From positions 96,001 through 160,000 of the forward strand of contig CAVRVY010000004.1 in assembly GCA_963724765.1 (NCBI GenBank): a stretch of DNA of 64,000 nt, read 5' to 3'. This document shows, piece after piece, positions 8,432-17,807 of the stretch (position 1 is its first letter; every line of letters begins with the position of its first letter). The DNA comes from an uncultured delta proteobacterium. GTDB taxonomy: Bacteria; Desulfobacterota; Binatia; Binatales; Binataceae. The notes under the pieces are model-generated. The model did not search any database, had not been told where the DNA came from, and was given only the letters and a program-made list of their open reading frames with translations. The position numbers and the translations under genes were made by a program.

Positions 8432-9814
8432 TTACCGGCCGAGGCGCTCCAGCGCTTCCATCGAGCAGAAGTCGCCGAACAGCCGTGGATCATCCTGGGT
8501 GGCATGATATCCGCCGGGAACCGTCTGCGCATAGTAGAAACGCGACATCCGGTTGCTCTGCAGGTCGTGCGCGTGCACGTGCGTCCACATCCAGAACTGG
8601 TCCGGACATCCTTCAATCCACGTCATTCCGGGCTTGCGCTCGTAGTGGTCGAAGCCGCCTTCCCACTGCTTCCACATCTTGCCCTGACGGTCATAGCTGA
8701 TCATGGTGAGCGGGCACAGCGTCGAAGCGTGGTACCAGATCCTTTTCTTGCCGATCGGCGCACGGGGATAACTGGTCGGCTCCATTTCGACCACGTAAAC
8801 CTCAGGCACCAGCTCCATCCGCGTGCGCCAGTACTTGACGCCGCTCTTGCCGCCGCAGGTCTTGTGGATCCAGTTGGGGTTGTTGAGATCGGCGCAGTGA
8901 TGCGCGGAGGTCATCATCGGGCCCTTGCCGACGAGCTTGAAGTTGCCCCAAGTCAGCAGCGGGTCACCGGCCATCCAGTACTCGGTAACGAAGAAAGTGT
9001 TGCCCGGGAACTGCGGCTCGAAGCGCTGGTCGACCGGGTATGTGCGCACGCGCTTCGTGGTCGGCTGATAAACATAATAGCCAGGCAGCTTGTGCTGATC
9101 GTACGCCCACACCTGCAGGATACCGGTGCCCGCGACGTCACCGGGGGCCGTCACGGTCGCGCCGAGGATACGGATCTGGCTCTCGCGGCCCGGCATGTAC
9201 GGTTTCGGGTCGAGGACAAGGCGACCGACCGTCTGCCATTCAACGTAGATGGAGGCATACTGATATTCTACGTTACCGTCAGCATCGGTGTCCCAGTCCA
9301 ACACAGGGTGAGCTATCGTGTCGTGCTTGCCCCAGCTGAGCGAGTTCGCCATCAACACTTCCTGGGCCGATTGCGGCTCAGGGAAGGGGTTGCCGCCGAT
9401 CCAGTCCTTGCCATCCAGCGTATAGCAATTACCGTCGGGGAAGATCTTGTGCTTGCCTTTGTTGGCCAAGGTCGCCTGCAGGAACGGTATCGGCGTCAGC
9501 TTGGTTACGTCCGTCTCAGTCGGTGCGATATCGACCAGCCGGCCGTCGTGCTTGATCTGAAAATAGGCGCCCGGATCGAGCAGGTCCTTGACGATGTCGA
9601 CGTTCTCGGCGTTGAGCACATCCCCCGGTTTGAGCTTGCCCTTGGTGTAGGCCTCGATGGAGAGCAGCTCGGGCGGGTAGGCGGCCTCAAGTGAGCCGTT
9701 ACGCCCGATCACATCCATCAATGGGTTTAACACACCAGCAGCGAAGACGCCTTTGCCGACTTGCTCGAGGAAGTGGCGCCGCGTCCATCCCTCAGTGTAC
9801 TTCAATAAACGCAT
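8432..9814 (-). CDS. DUF1329-family periplasmic protein (LolA-like/sorting fold predicted) with a Tat signal
   Basis: TRRHFL twin-arginine motif; GDVLNAENVD..KDLL.PG, GNPFPEP, APGDVAGTG, Y.P.TKRVR, YDRQGKMWK motifs characteristic of DUF1329; AAGGAG SD. Confidence 0.82.
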   Translation of the reverse strand: MRLLKYTEGWTRRHFLEQVGKGVFAAGVLNPLMDVIGRNGSLEAAYPPELLSIEAYTKGKLKPGDVLNAENVDIVKDLLDPGAYFQIKHDGRLVDIAPTETDVTKLTPIPFLQATLANKGKHKIFPDGNCYTLDGKDWIGGNPFPEPQSAQEVLMANSLSWGKHDTIAHPVLDWDTDADGNVEYQYASIYVEWQTVGRLVLDPKPYMPGRESQIRILGATVTAPGDVAGTGILQVWAYDQHKLPGYYVYQPTTKRVRTYPVDQRFEPQFPGNTFFVTEYWMAGDPLLTWGNFKLVGKGPMMTSAHHCADLNNPNWIHKTCGGKSGVKYWRTRMELVPEVYVVEMEPTSYPRAPIGKKRIWYHASTLCPLTMISYDRQGKMWKQWEGGFDHYERKPGMTWIEGCPDQFWMWTHVHAHDLQSNRMSRFYYAQTVPGGYHATQDDPRLFGDFCSMEALERLGR

Positions 9815-10029
9815 GCCTTACGCTCCTTTTTCGGGGGATCCGACCAAGCATCGTCCCCTAATATCTGGCATTAGTTTTAGACTCTTGCAAGGGCCGGCCA
9901 GAACCTCGTCTCCGAGACCTCCCCCAGGCCAATCCCGGACACCATGACACCCGCTTCTCGGGGTGCGGCATAGGGTTAAATGGTCCATAGACTCCTTTTG
10001 TTCCGATCCGGCTCATCTTTTTTTCGCCG

Positions 10030-11706
10030 CTACATTTTGTAAACGGCGCGGAAATAAATCGCGTCGAGCCAGGAGTACGCGCCGAGTTTGGAACCGGTGC
10101 GGAACGGGTCGCCGGCGGGGCCGGTTGCGAATTGCGTACCTTCATCGAAATTCCAGAAAACGTCATATTCCTGGTTCGAAGTCGGCTTGTAGGTGACCGA
10201 CGGCTGCAATAACCAGTTGCCACCTACGTTGGTGTCGCAAAGGGCCACGATGCCGGCGCTCCAGATGTCGTTGGGGAAGGGTTGAGTGAGCGACAGCACG
10301 ACCGTCTGGATGCCCGTGTGGCCAATTGCCGGTTCGTAAATGTCGCTGATGACCGTGCTACGGCTCTTGTAGTTCCACTCGCCGAGCAAATACATCGAGG
10401 GGAACTTCTGGCTCCAGCGGATATATCTTTCCCCGTCCAGCGTCATGTTGATTTCGCCGATTCGCGTCGGTTTGATGGCCGGGTCCACTATGCTAGCCGC
10501 GGTCCAGAATGACTTGTGCGGCGTATAAGCGGCGGAGAAGTGGAAGATGTCGCCGTTGAGGAGGTCCGCACCCAAGAAATCGAGAGTCGGAATTGTGTAG
10601 GAAGCGGATCCGCCGTAGATGAAATCCCGCGAGAAGCGTCGTTGGAGGTTGAGATCGTAGAGTCCGGCCCCCGGACCAAGGAAGGGCTGCCCCGCAAACT
10701 TATCCGGGCTGAAGCCGGCCGGGAGGCCCGGAAGTTTTATCGGCGCCAGCGTGAACCATCCAACGTGATCAGGCGTGGCGTAGAAGTTGGCCGTCAGGTC
10801 GACGCCATATACGGTCGTGGAAGCGACGCCCCCATATACGATCTTGTTGCGCGCCTTGCGCAGGTTGCCGTAGTCGCCGATCGGCTCCGCTGCCGGCTCG
10901 TCGTTTAACTGCTGGCCGAGGCCGTAAAGGTAATCTGGCTGGAAGTCGGGACTGACGAAACCCGTGATAATGGAGTTATTGATTCCCATCTCCGAGAAAT
11001 CGGGAAGCTGGTAGGACCCCTTGGCCGTCCATTCACCGATACGTATGTCTGAGTATTCCAGCGAGGCGATGTCGAAAAAGCCAGGAACGCTAGCGAAGTT
11101 GAGCGAGTCGACCTGGTCGAGCGTCTGCACGCCCAGCTCTTCGCCGTAGACCACCTGCTGCTTGCCCAGACGCAACGCGAAAGGCCCCTTACGTAAATCG
11201 ATATAGGCCTCGTTGGCATCAGCCTCGTACTCGTGTTCGCCGATGTAGGCTGACCATCCATCTCCGGGATACGCCGACTGGCCGGGTGTATGGTACGCCC
11301 CTCGCCCGAACTCGTAGGCGCTTGGACCATTGATAAGATTCGCGGCGTCGCCAAGGAAGCGCAAGTGGACGTAAACGTCGGCGTCGTCGAGACCTATCGC
11401 CTCGGCAACATCATCGCGCGCGCGGAACGTGGCCAGCGAGTCGATCCTGCCGACGGCCGCCTGCACGGAGTCTCCATCTGTGGAATATCCCTGTCCGCTG
11501 CCAGGAATGTTGTTATTGTCGTTGTTGCGATTGCCCCTACCTGCAGTGGAAATGCCCCACTCGGTCTCGAGCGCGGTCTGGATCTTGAGATGGCCGCCGG
11601 GTGTATCAGTGTCGAGTTGTGCCCAGGCCCCGGTGCCAGCAAAAAAGACTAATGCCACCGCCATCCCCATAGCGGCTCCGAGCTTTACCCTGTCAGGCTT
11701 CTTCAT
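10030..11706 (-). CDS. DUF1302-like outer-membrane beta-barrel protein
   Basis: Signal peptide (…AGTGAWA-Q); NEAYIDL..GP.ALRLGKQQVVYGE motif; aromatic-alternating C-terminal strand IYFRAVYKM; ATG 11706 with GAGGAGG SD; adjacent to DUF1329. Confidence 0.75.
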   Translation of the reverse strand: MKKPDRVKLGAAMGMAVALVFFAGTGAWAQLDTDTPGGHLKIQTALETEWGISTAGRGNRNNDNNNIPGSGQGYSTDGDSVQAAVGRIDSLATFRARDDVAEAIGLDDADVYVHLRFLGDAANLINGPSAYEFGRGAYHTPGQSAYPGDGWSAYIGEHEYEADANEAYIDLRKGPFALRLGKQQVVYGEELGVQTLDQVDSLNFASVPGFFDIASLEYSDIRIGEWTAKGSYQLPDFSEMGINNSIITGFVSPDFQPDYLYGLGQQLNDEPAAEPIGDYGNLRKARNKIVYGGVASTTVYGVDLTANFYATPDHVGWFTLAPIKLPGLPAGFSPDKFAGQPFLGPGAGLYDLNLQRRFSRDFIYGGSASYTIPTLDFLGADLLNGDIFHFSAAYTPHKSFWTAASIVDPAIKPTRIGEINMTLDGERYIRWSQKFPSMYLLGEWNYKSRSTVISDIYEPAIGHTGIQTVVLSLTQPFPNDIWSAGIVALCDTNVGGNWLLQPSVTYKPTSNQEYDVFWNFDEGTQFATGPAGDPFRTGSKLGAYSWLDAIYFRAVYKM

Positions 11707-12022
11707 TCGCTCTTCCTCCTCACTTAGCGCTCCTCCAAAATCGCTCGCGGTCCCCATGCGAACTTCCCCGTAAGACCCCGAGCGGCCCAAGCCCTTCCGG
11801 TTCCAAAGGTGCACAGATGGAAGGGCCTAATCAATGCCTTATCATCATAAAACCTCTAAAAGCCAAGGTTTTGTGAACACCCTCTGAAAGGAACGATCAT
11901 AAGCATCAGTAGGCAAATTAATGCTATTGGCGGCAAGGACATCGATCGGTAGAACCGCATCGACAGCGTTTCTCTCTAAAGCTTCATTGGTGAAAGAATT
12001 GGCCGAGGCCGACAGGCCGCAC

Positions 12023-12065
12023 GACGCGCTCGAAACCGCCCGTCCCCACGGGCGGCCTTCGCGTC
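12023..12065 (-). terminator. Strong hairpin (possible terminator) between the RND and DUF1302 genes
   Basis: Minus strand GACGCG-AAGG-CCGCCCGT-GGGG-ACGGGCGG-TTTCGAG-CGCGTC. Confidence 0.45.
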
Positions 12066-12216
12066 CCCCAATCGTCAGCGATGCAGCCCTGTCCCCGATC
12101 GAGCCCATCTCTGTCCTTACGTTCGCCTGATGTCCTATGTCGGCGATGACTATCGGCGAAGTCACGGGCGCGCGTCAACCCCCATTGGCGCGCACGATCG
12201 CATAGAGTCTCCGTCT

Positions 12217-14580
12217 CTAATGACTCATCAGCTTAACCCTGCCCAAAAACTTGGGTTTAACAAATACTACTTCGATGGGCAGCACCACCATCGCCAGTAT
12301 GCAGTTGAAGAGCATGACCCACGCCAGCATCCAGCCCATGTCGGCCAGGAAGGCGAGGTTGGAAAAGAAGTACCACGGCAACACGCCGGCGATCATCGTG
12401 AAGGCGACGAAGAAGGTCGCTTCGCCGGTGGTCAGGATGGCGCGCATCACGGCGCCCTGTACGTCGCCGTCGCCGACGCGCTGGAATTCGTCGCACATCC
12501 GGCTGATCAGGTAAATGCCGTAGTCAATGCCGACGCCCAGTCCGACCGCGACCACGGGCAGCGTGTTGACATCGAGGCCCAGCCCGCGCATGTACATCAC
12601 CGCGTCGGTCGAGAACTGTGCGAAGGCCAGCGGCACCAGCAGCATCAGCGCGGCCACCGCCGACGAGTAGGTCACTACGCACATGACAAAGATCGCGGCG
12701 AGCAGGTAAACGAGGATGCGCCAGTTGGACTGGACGACTACCTGGTCCATCGCGTACTGAAGAGCGACCGAACCGGCCGCCATCCTGATGTGGTAGACCT
12801 TGGAGGGTTCACGCAGGATCGGTTCGAGCGCCTTTTGCACGGCCGCCATCGCGGCGTTGACCGTCGTGCTGCGCAAATCCTTGTACCACAGGATTACGTC
12901 GCCGCTTTGCATGTTGGCCGTGGCAAGTATGGCCACGTCCTCCAGGCTGTGGCCGGTCAGGGTCCAGAAGAGATCGGTGGCGACCTCCCTTTCCTTGAGA
13001 TCAACCGGCAGCCAGCCCGGGTCGCCGCCGCGTATCAGCCGGTTGGTGGCGCGCAGGTAGTCCGAGATCGACAGCGTCCCATACGCGCCGTGCATCGCCT
13101 CGATGTTGTGCTGGAAATCCTGCATCGACTGGAAAGTCTCGGGGTACTTGAGCGCGTGCTCGACCTTGCCCTCCCAGACCACGTTGAGCGTCACCGTGCC
13201 GGCCAGGTTCTTGTTGATCTCGGCCTCGGCCTGGTTGAACTCACTGTTGGGCCACAGCAGCGGGGTGCCAACCGTGGTGTTGCCGATCGCGCGCAGGGAC
13301 GAAAGATGAATCACGATCGCCCCCAACACCACCAGCACGCCGAGCGTCGCGAACCGCCATCCGGGCTCGACCAGCTTGGCCACCACTGCCTGAGCGGGCT
13401 CGATCAGATGAGTGCTGACCGAACGCACCTCATGAGTGATGAATACGCTCACGTCCTTGGGCGGCGGCAGCACCGCGAGCAGGCACGGAGTGAGCATCAC
13501 GACCGACGGGATCAGCAGCAGCGACCAGGTTCCGCACAACACGCCGAGTTTCTGGACGATCGGGATCGGCGCAAGGATGGTCATGTACAGACCGGCGACG
13601 TCGCACATGATGCCGAGGCAGGCCGGCGCGAACATCGAGGCCAGCGCGCCGCCGGCCGCCAGGTTCTTGTCTTTGACGTCGTACAGAATTTCGTAATAGC
13701 GCCGCGTCATCTGTAACGAGTGACTGAGCGCGCGCGCGATCAGCAACACCGGCACGACCAGGGTCAGCGGCTCCAGGTTCAGCCCCATCCAACCGCCCGC
13801 GCCAACGCCCCACATGGCTGACAGCGCGCAGGCGATGAGCGGCGTCGCCGCGCCGGCCAAGCTGCGCATGTAGTCGACGTGGGCGATGGTGATGAGCGCG
13901 AAGGAGAGCAGGAAGATCCACGCCGCCTGCTCTCCGTAATAGTAAACCCACCCGATCAACATCACCCGGCCTGCCGGGTAAAACTCGACGTTGGGCGAGG
14001 CCTCCTTGGCCAGCATCTCGTGGACGCGGTTCCACACCAGCATGAAGTCGATGCCGTTTTCGTGGAAGCCGGCCGAGAGCATCGCCGCCTTCTCGTCGGG
14101 CGACACCAGGATGTTGGTCACACCTGGCGCGATGCGCGCGCGGTCGCGCACGGCAATCGCACCCGCCTCGTCCTTGGGCGGCAAGTCGGGCATCACCGGA
14201 ACCGATTCGGCGCCCGCGGGGGTCGCACGCGTGACGCGCACCTTGCTCGAGGCGATGGAGGTGATGGTGACGTGGTCGATGCTGGGGGTGAGGTCGATCT
14301 CGCGGGTCAGACGCCAGATGCGGGCAAGCGTGTCGGGCGTGTAGATAGTGCCTTTCTTGACCTTGATCAGAATCTCAACGTTGATGGGCGTGGAGAACTG
14401 GGAGTATTGCTTGAAGGTGTCGATGACCGTGCTGCGCTTGGGCAGCAGATCGGAAAACGAGGTCCTGAACTCCATCCGCGTGCTGCCGATTATGGCCAGC
14501 ACGGTTATCACCCCGCATAGGATGATGTATTGCCAGCGGTAGCGAATCAGAAAATGAGCGGTTCTTTCACCGACTGCCAT
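12217..14580 (-). CDS. RND-superfamily MMPL-type transporter
   Basis: Two repeats of TM1 + large periplasmic loop + 5 TM; IARALSHSLQ in repeat 1 and GVGIDYGIY in repeat 2; AILTTGEA; ATG 14580 with GGAGGG SD, overlapping the upstream gene. Confidence 0.9.
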   Translation of the reverse strand: MAVGERTAHFLIRYRWQYIILCGVITVLAIIGSTRMEFRTSFSDLLPKRSTVIDTFKQYSQFSTPINVEILIKVKKGTIYTPDTLARIWRLTREIDLTPSIDHVTITSIASSKVRVTRATPAGAESVPVMPDLPPKDEAGAIAVRDRARIAPGVTNILVSPDEKAAMLSAGFHENGIDFMLVWNRVHEMLAKEASPNVEFYPAGRVMLIGWVYYYGEQAAWIFLLSFALITIAHVDYMRSLAGAATPLIACALSAMWGVGAGGWMGLNLEPLTLVVPVLLIARALSHSLQMTRRYYEILYDVKDKNLAAGGALASMFAPACLGIMCDVAGLYMTILAPIPIVQKLGVLCGTWSLLLIPSVVMLTPCLLAVLPPPKDVSVFITHEVRSVSTHLIEPAQAVVAKLVEPGWRFATLGVLVVLGAIVIHLSSLRAIGNTTVGTPLLWPNSEFNQAEAEINKNLAGTVTLNVVWEGKVEHALKYPETFQSMQDFQHNIEAMHGAYGTLSISDYLRATNRLIRGGDPGWLPVDLKEREVATDLFWTLTGHSLEDVAILATANMQSGDVILWYKDLRSTTVNAAMAAVQKALEPILREPSKVYHIRMAAGSVALQYAMDQVVVQSNWRILVYLLAAIFVMCVVTYSSAVAALMLLVPLAFAQFSTDAVMYMRGLGLDVNTLPVVAVGLGVGIDYGIYLISRMCDEFQRVGDGDVQGAVMRAILTTGEATFFVAFTMIAGVLPWYFFSNLAFLADMGWMLAWVMLFNCILAMVVLPIEVVFVKPKFLGRVKLMSH

Positions 14581-15607
14581 TGAGTTGTCCCTCCCAAACG
14601 GCGGCGGGCCCGGCCAACAGCAGAGCGTCGGGGCCGACCGGCATGGCTGACGCAATCCAGTCAAGCCTGACCGGGACGACCGGCATCTCCTGCCACGACC
14701 ATCCGCTGCTCTGATGCTTACCAACCATCAGGAAGCCGGCACTGGTTCCAACCAGTTGACCGTCCGGCGTGCAGGTCATACCGAAAAAGTCGGGCTTGCC
14801 GGGAATCGTCTGGATTTGCCAGTCGGCGCTGCCCTGTTTGACCGCGAGCAAGCCCTGCTGCCCTGACGCGTAAATCGCGCCGCCGCACTTGACCATCGTG
14901 AAGAATGCGGGCTCGACCGGGCCGGCGCCACTGATTCCCGCCGCCGCGGCCGCCTCCTGCACCGGAGTGGCGCCGGCGGGCACTTTGGGCCTGCTCATCT
15001 GGCCGAGATCGCGAATCTCGGTCGCGATACCGGCCTTGACGGTCACTACGGCCTCGTCCTCGCCCACCACATACGCGGTCGTGTCATCGGCAAACACCAC
15101 GCTGTAGAGATGCGGCGTGGTCCCGCCGCTCCAGGTGGTGTTCACCTGATGCCATTGCTTGGAGCCAGCCGGACGATCGAGGATGGTGCCGAAGGAGCCG
15201 GCCGCGACGAACTCGCCCTTGGCGCTCGCCGCCACCGCGAACAGCCGCTCAGTAGTGCCGACGTCGTGGCGGGTCCAGGTGTCGTAGCCCGAGGCCATTT
15301 CGTACAGGCTGCCCGCTTGACCGACCGCGACGCCTTCACCGCTGGGCGCAAAAGCGATCCCGAGCATCGCCATGCCGCCGGTATCGGAGATCGGCTTCCA
15401 GGGCGATTGGGGGGTGCGCTTGACCAGGATGCCGAAGCTGCCGACCGCCCAGGTTTGCTCGCCACGCATAGTGATGCCAAAGACCATGTCGTGTGGCGTG
15501 CCGAGCCACGACGGTGCGACGACAAACGGCGCCGCCGCGGCCGGACCGCTTAGACAGATGCCGATGAGCAGCAGCAACAACGCCGCCACACAGGACTTCA
15601 TTCGCAT
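14567..15607 (-). CDS. YCF48-like/BNR-repeat beta-propeller exported protein
   Basis: Signal peptide; repeated WAVGSFG.L / AVGQAG.L / AAGSFGTI / VVGEDE / ASGQQGLL blades; translationally coupled to the RND gene. Confidence 0.78.
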   Translation of the reverse strand: MRMKSCVAALLLLLIGICLSGPAAAAPFVVAPSWLGTPHDMVFGITMRGEQTWAVGSFGILVKRTPQSPWKPISDTGGMAMLGIAFAPSGEGVAVGQAGSLYEMASGYDTWTRHDVGTTERLFAVAASAKGEFVAAGSFGTILDRPAGSKQWHQVNTTWSGGTTPHLYSVVFADDTTAYVVGEDEAVVTVKAGIATEIRDLGQMSRPKVPAGATPVQEAAAAAGISGAGPVEPAFFTMVKCGGAIYASGQQGLLAVKQGSADWQIQTIPGKPDFFGMTCTPDGQLVGTSAGFLMVGKHQSSGWSWQEMPVVPVRLDWIASAMPVGPDALLLAGPAAVWEGQLNGSR

Positions 15608-15906
15608 GCTTTTTTTCCCCAACTGGCCTCGGGATCCCCATCCGAGGTCTTCAACGCCCGCGTGCGTCAAACAGAGAGCCGGTCTTCTCGCGTTAACCGT
15701 CTACACCATCGAAGTTTTTACCTGCGCGGCGCCTGTGTTTGCAGGCTGCGTAATGGTGTAGCGTCGCAAGCAATATAACGGGCCTTGGAATGTTGCAAGT
15801 GCAAATGACGAATTGGTGGCGCAAATTCAACGGGCGAACCGCGCAGGGCAGGAGGCTATCGGAGCGGGCACGACGCTCGGTCGGTCCGACCGCCTGCGCC
15901 GCAACG

Positions 15907-17058
15907 ATGCGCGAAGCCGCGATCAAAACCATGCTGATGACCGCCGTGATGGCAGCGCTGGCCCTGGCGGCGACCTCCGCGCCTGCTCGCGCCGGCACTT
16001 TCAGCCTTACCGGAGAAATCGACCCCGCCCGCCAGTACCATACTGCGACTCTGCTACCCAGCGGCAAAGTTCTGGTCGCCGGCGGCTACGGCAGCGGCGG
16101 CGTGGGATGGCTCATCGACTCGCAGCTCTACGATCCGCAAAAGGGCGAGTTCGTTGAAACCGGACGGCTCATTACGCGGCGCGATGCCCATACCGCGACG
16201 CTGTTGCCCAACGGCAAGGTGCTGGTGGCCGGCGGCGAGGAGGTTAATGAGGGCGGCTTCTCGGTCCTGCTCGCCAGCGCCGAACTATACGATCCGGCAA
16301 GCGGTCTGTTTTCGCGCACGGGCTCGATGCTTACCGGGCGCGAATTACATACCGCGACCATGATGAGCAATGGCAAGGTCCTCATCGCGGGCGGCGAAGA
16401 CGCCAAAGGCTACGCCGTTACTTCCGGCGAAACCTACGACCCGGCACTGGGCTCGTTCATTCCCACCGGAAGTCTGGGCGTTGGCCGCTACGGTCATACC
16501 GCGACCGCGTTGCCGAACGGTGAGGTGCTGATAGCCGGCGGCGAGCGGATCGACGAAGACGGCTTCGATATCGCGCTCAACAGCGCCGAGATCTACAACC
16601 CGTCCACCGGCAGATTTCATCCGACCGGAAACATGCGGGTCGCGCGCAAGCATCATACGGCGACGCTGCTGCGCGACGGCCAGGTCCTGATCGCCGGCGG
16701 CGAGGACAACAACGGCCACGCGCTCGAGAGCGCGGAGCTGTACAATCCGGGCAGCGGTACGTTTCGCACCATCGGGAGGATGATGCGCGCACATGACAGC
16801 GGCACGGCGACCCTCCTCAACGACGGGCGCGTGCTGATCGCGGGCGGCTTCAGCGGCGCAAGCGGCGTCAGCGCCGAGGCGGAACTCTTCGACCCGGCGA
16901 GCGATCGCTTCGAGGACACCGGCAATATGCATATCGCGCGCGAGTTCTTCACGGCGACTCTGCTGAGTGACGGGCGCGTGTTAATAGTCGGCGGTTTCGG
17001 CTTCAACGCCTCCAGCGGTTTCGACGTCGTCGGCCCCTGTGAAGTTTATTCTCCGTAA
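15907..17058 (+). CDS. Secreted seven-bladed Kelch-repeat protein
   Basis: Signal peptide ending APARA; seven RxxHTATLLxxGxVLIAGG...AELYDP repeats; exact start among several ATGs uncertain. Confidence 0.88.
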   Translation: MREAAIKTMLMTAVMAALALAATSAPARAGTFSLTGEIDPARQYHTATLLPSGKVLVAGGYGSGGVGWLIDSQLYDPQKGEFVETGRLITRRDAHTATLLPNGKVLVAGGEEVNEGGFSVLLASAELYDPASGLFSRTGSMLTGRELHTATMMSNGKVLIAGGEDAKGYAVTSGETYDPALGSFIPTGSLGVGRYGHTATALPNGEVLIAGGERIDEDGFDIALNSAEIYNPSTGRFHPTGNMRVARKHHTATLLRDGQVLIAGGEDNNGHALESAELYNPGSGTFRTIGRMMRAHDSGTATLLNDGRVLIAGGFSGASGVSAEAELFDPASDRFEDTGNMHIAREFFTATLLSDGRVLIVGGFGFNASSGFDVVGPCEVYSP

Positions 17059-17123
17059 ATCAAGTTCGACGAATCGCGCGCGTGACTATTTCCCATTCGC
17101 CTCCTAAGTCCTCGTGAACCGAA

Positions 17124-17189
17124 GTTCCTCTTAGGGTCATCCTGAACGACGCGCGTCTTCGAGCGGAGTCGAAGGACGACCCCAGGAAC
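17124..17189. repeat. REP-like palindromic element (GTCATCCTGA...CGAAGGA type) between convergent genes
   Basis: GTTCCT..GGGTCATCCT...AGGACGACCCCAGGAAC imperfect inverted repeat; core resembles the element at 35226-35253. Confidence 0.45.
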
Positions 17190-17198
17190 AAGCCTCGG

Positions 17199-17807
17199 CT
17201 AGGGCGGGGTCGCGGCCGGATTGGGGGCAGCGGCCGCCGGCGGCGCGCTTGCCCGGGGATGCATGACAGGCGCGGGCGTGGCCCGCAGCGCGCGCTCGCG
17301 CGCGGCGGCTTCCGCGGCCTCGTCGCGCTGGGCGGCCGCGGTCATGCGCTCGGCGGCCTTGCGCCCGAGCGATTGCGTTTGCCATTGCGGCTTGCCGATC
17401 TCGGTCCATTCGCCGCGTTGCAGCGCGTAGGTGAAAAGCAGGTATTTGATTCTGCCGGTCGCGATACCCTTGGTCATCTCGCCTTTGTTGGGCACGTATT
17501 CGGCGCCGCCGCACTTGGCATGAACGATGATCCCGCCGCCGCGCCCGCGCACCGGCATGTATTCGAAGCGCTGGCCCAGATCGATGTAGGATTTGCCGTC
17601 GGCATGGCGCTCTTCTTCGGCTCCAAGGTAGAAGCTGAATTCGGTCGAGAGCTTGTCATTGAGCGCCTGGAGTTGCGCTTGCGAAAGCGCCTGCGCTTCG
17701 GCGCGGTGCGAAAACGCAAGGCCGAGCGCGATCGCCGCCACGAAGCATCCGGCGGCCAACGACAGGGTGCGGCGCAGATCGATCGAACCGATCATCGAAC
17801 CGATCAT
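17199..17807 (-). CDS. Hypothetical exported protein
   Basis: ATG 17807 overlaps the VWA gene stop (ATGA); signal peptide ending AEA; Pro/Ala-rich tail. Confidence 0.7.
   Translation of the reverse strand: MIGSMIGSIDLRRTLSLAAGCFVAAIALGLAFSHRAEAQALSQAQLQALNDKLSTEFSFYLGAEEERHADGKSYIDLGQRFEYMPVRGRGGGIIVHAKCGGAEYVPNKGEMTKGIATGRIKYLLFTYALQRGEWTEIGKPQWQTQSLGRKAAERMTAAAQRDEAAEAAARERALRATPAPVMHPRASAPPAAAAPNPAATPP

Noticed and set aside
11912-11926. Sigma54-like TAGCATTAATTTGCC (minus strand) upstream of the DUF1302-like gene
   Set aside because: Lacks the invariant -24 GG
12130-13716. 528-aa plus-strand ORF (and similar long ORFs at 637-1506, 8504-9694, 24513-26273, 45492-46874, 55888-57168, 60619-61917)
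   Set aside because: Antisense shadows of well-supported genes; high GC3 keeps the opposite frame open; no recognisable motifs
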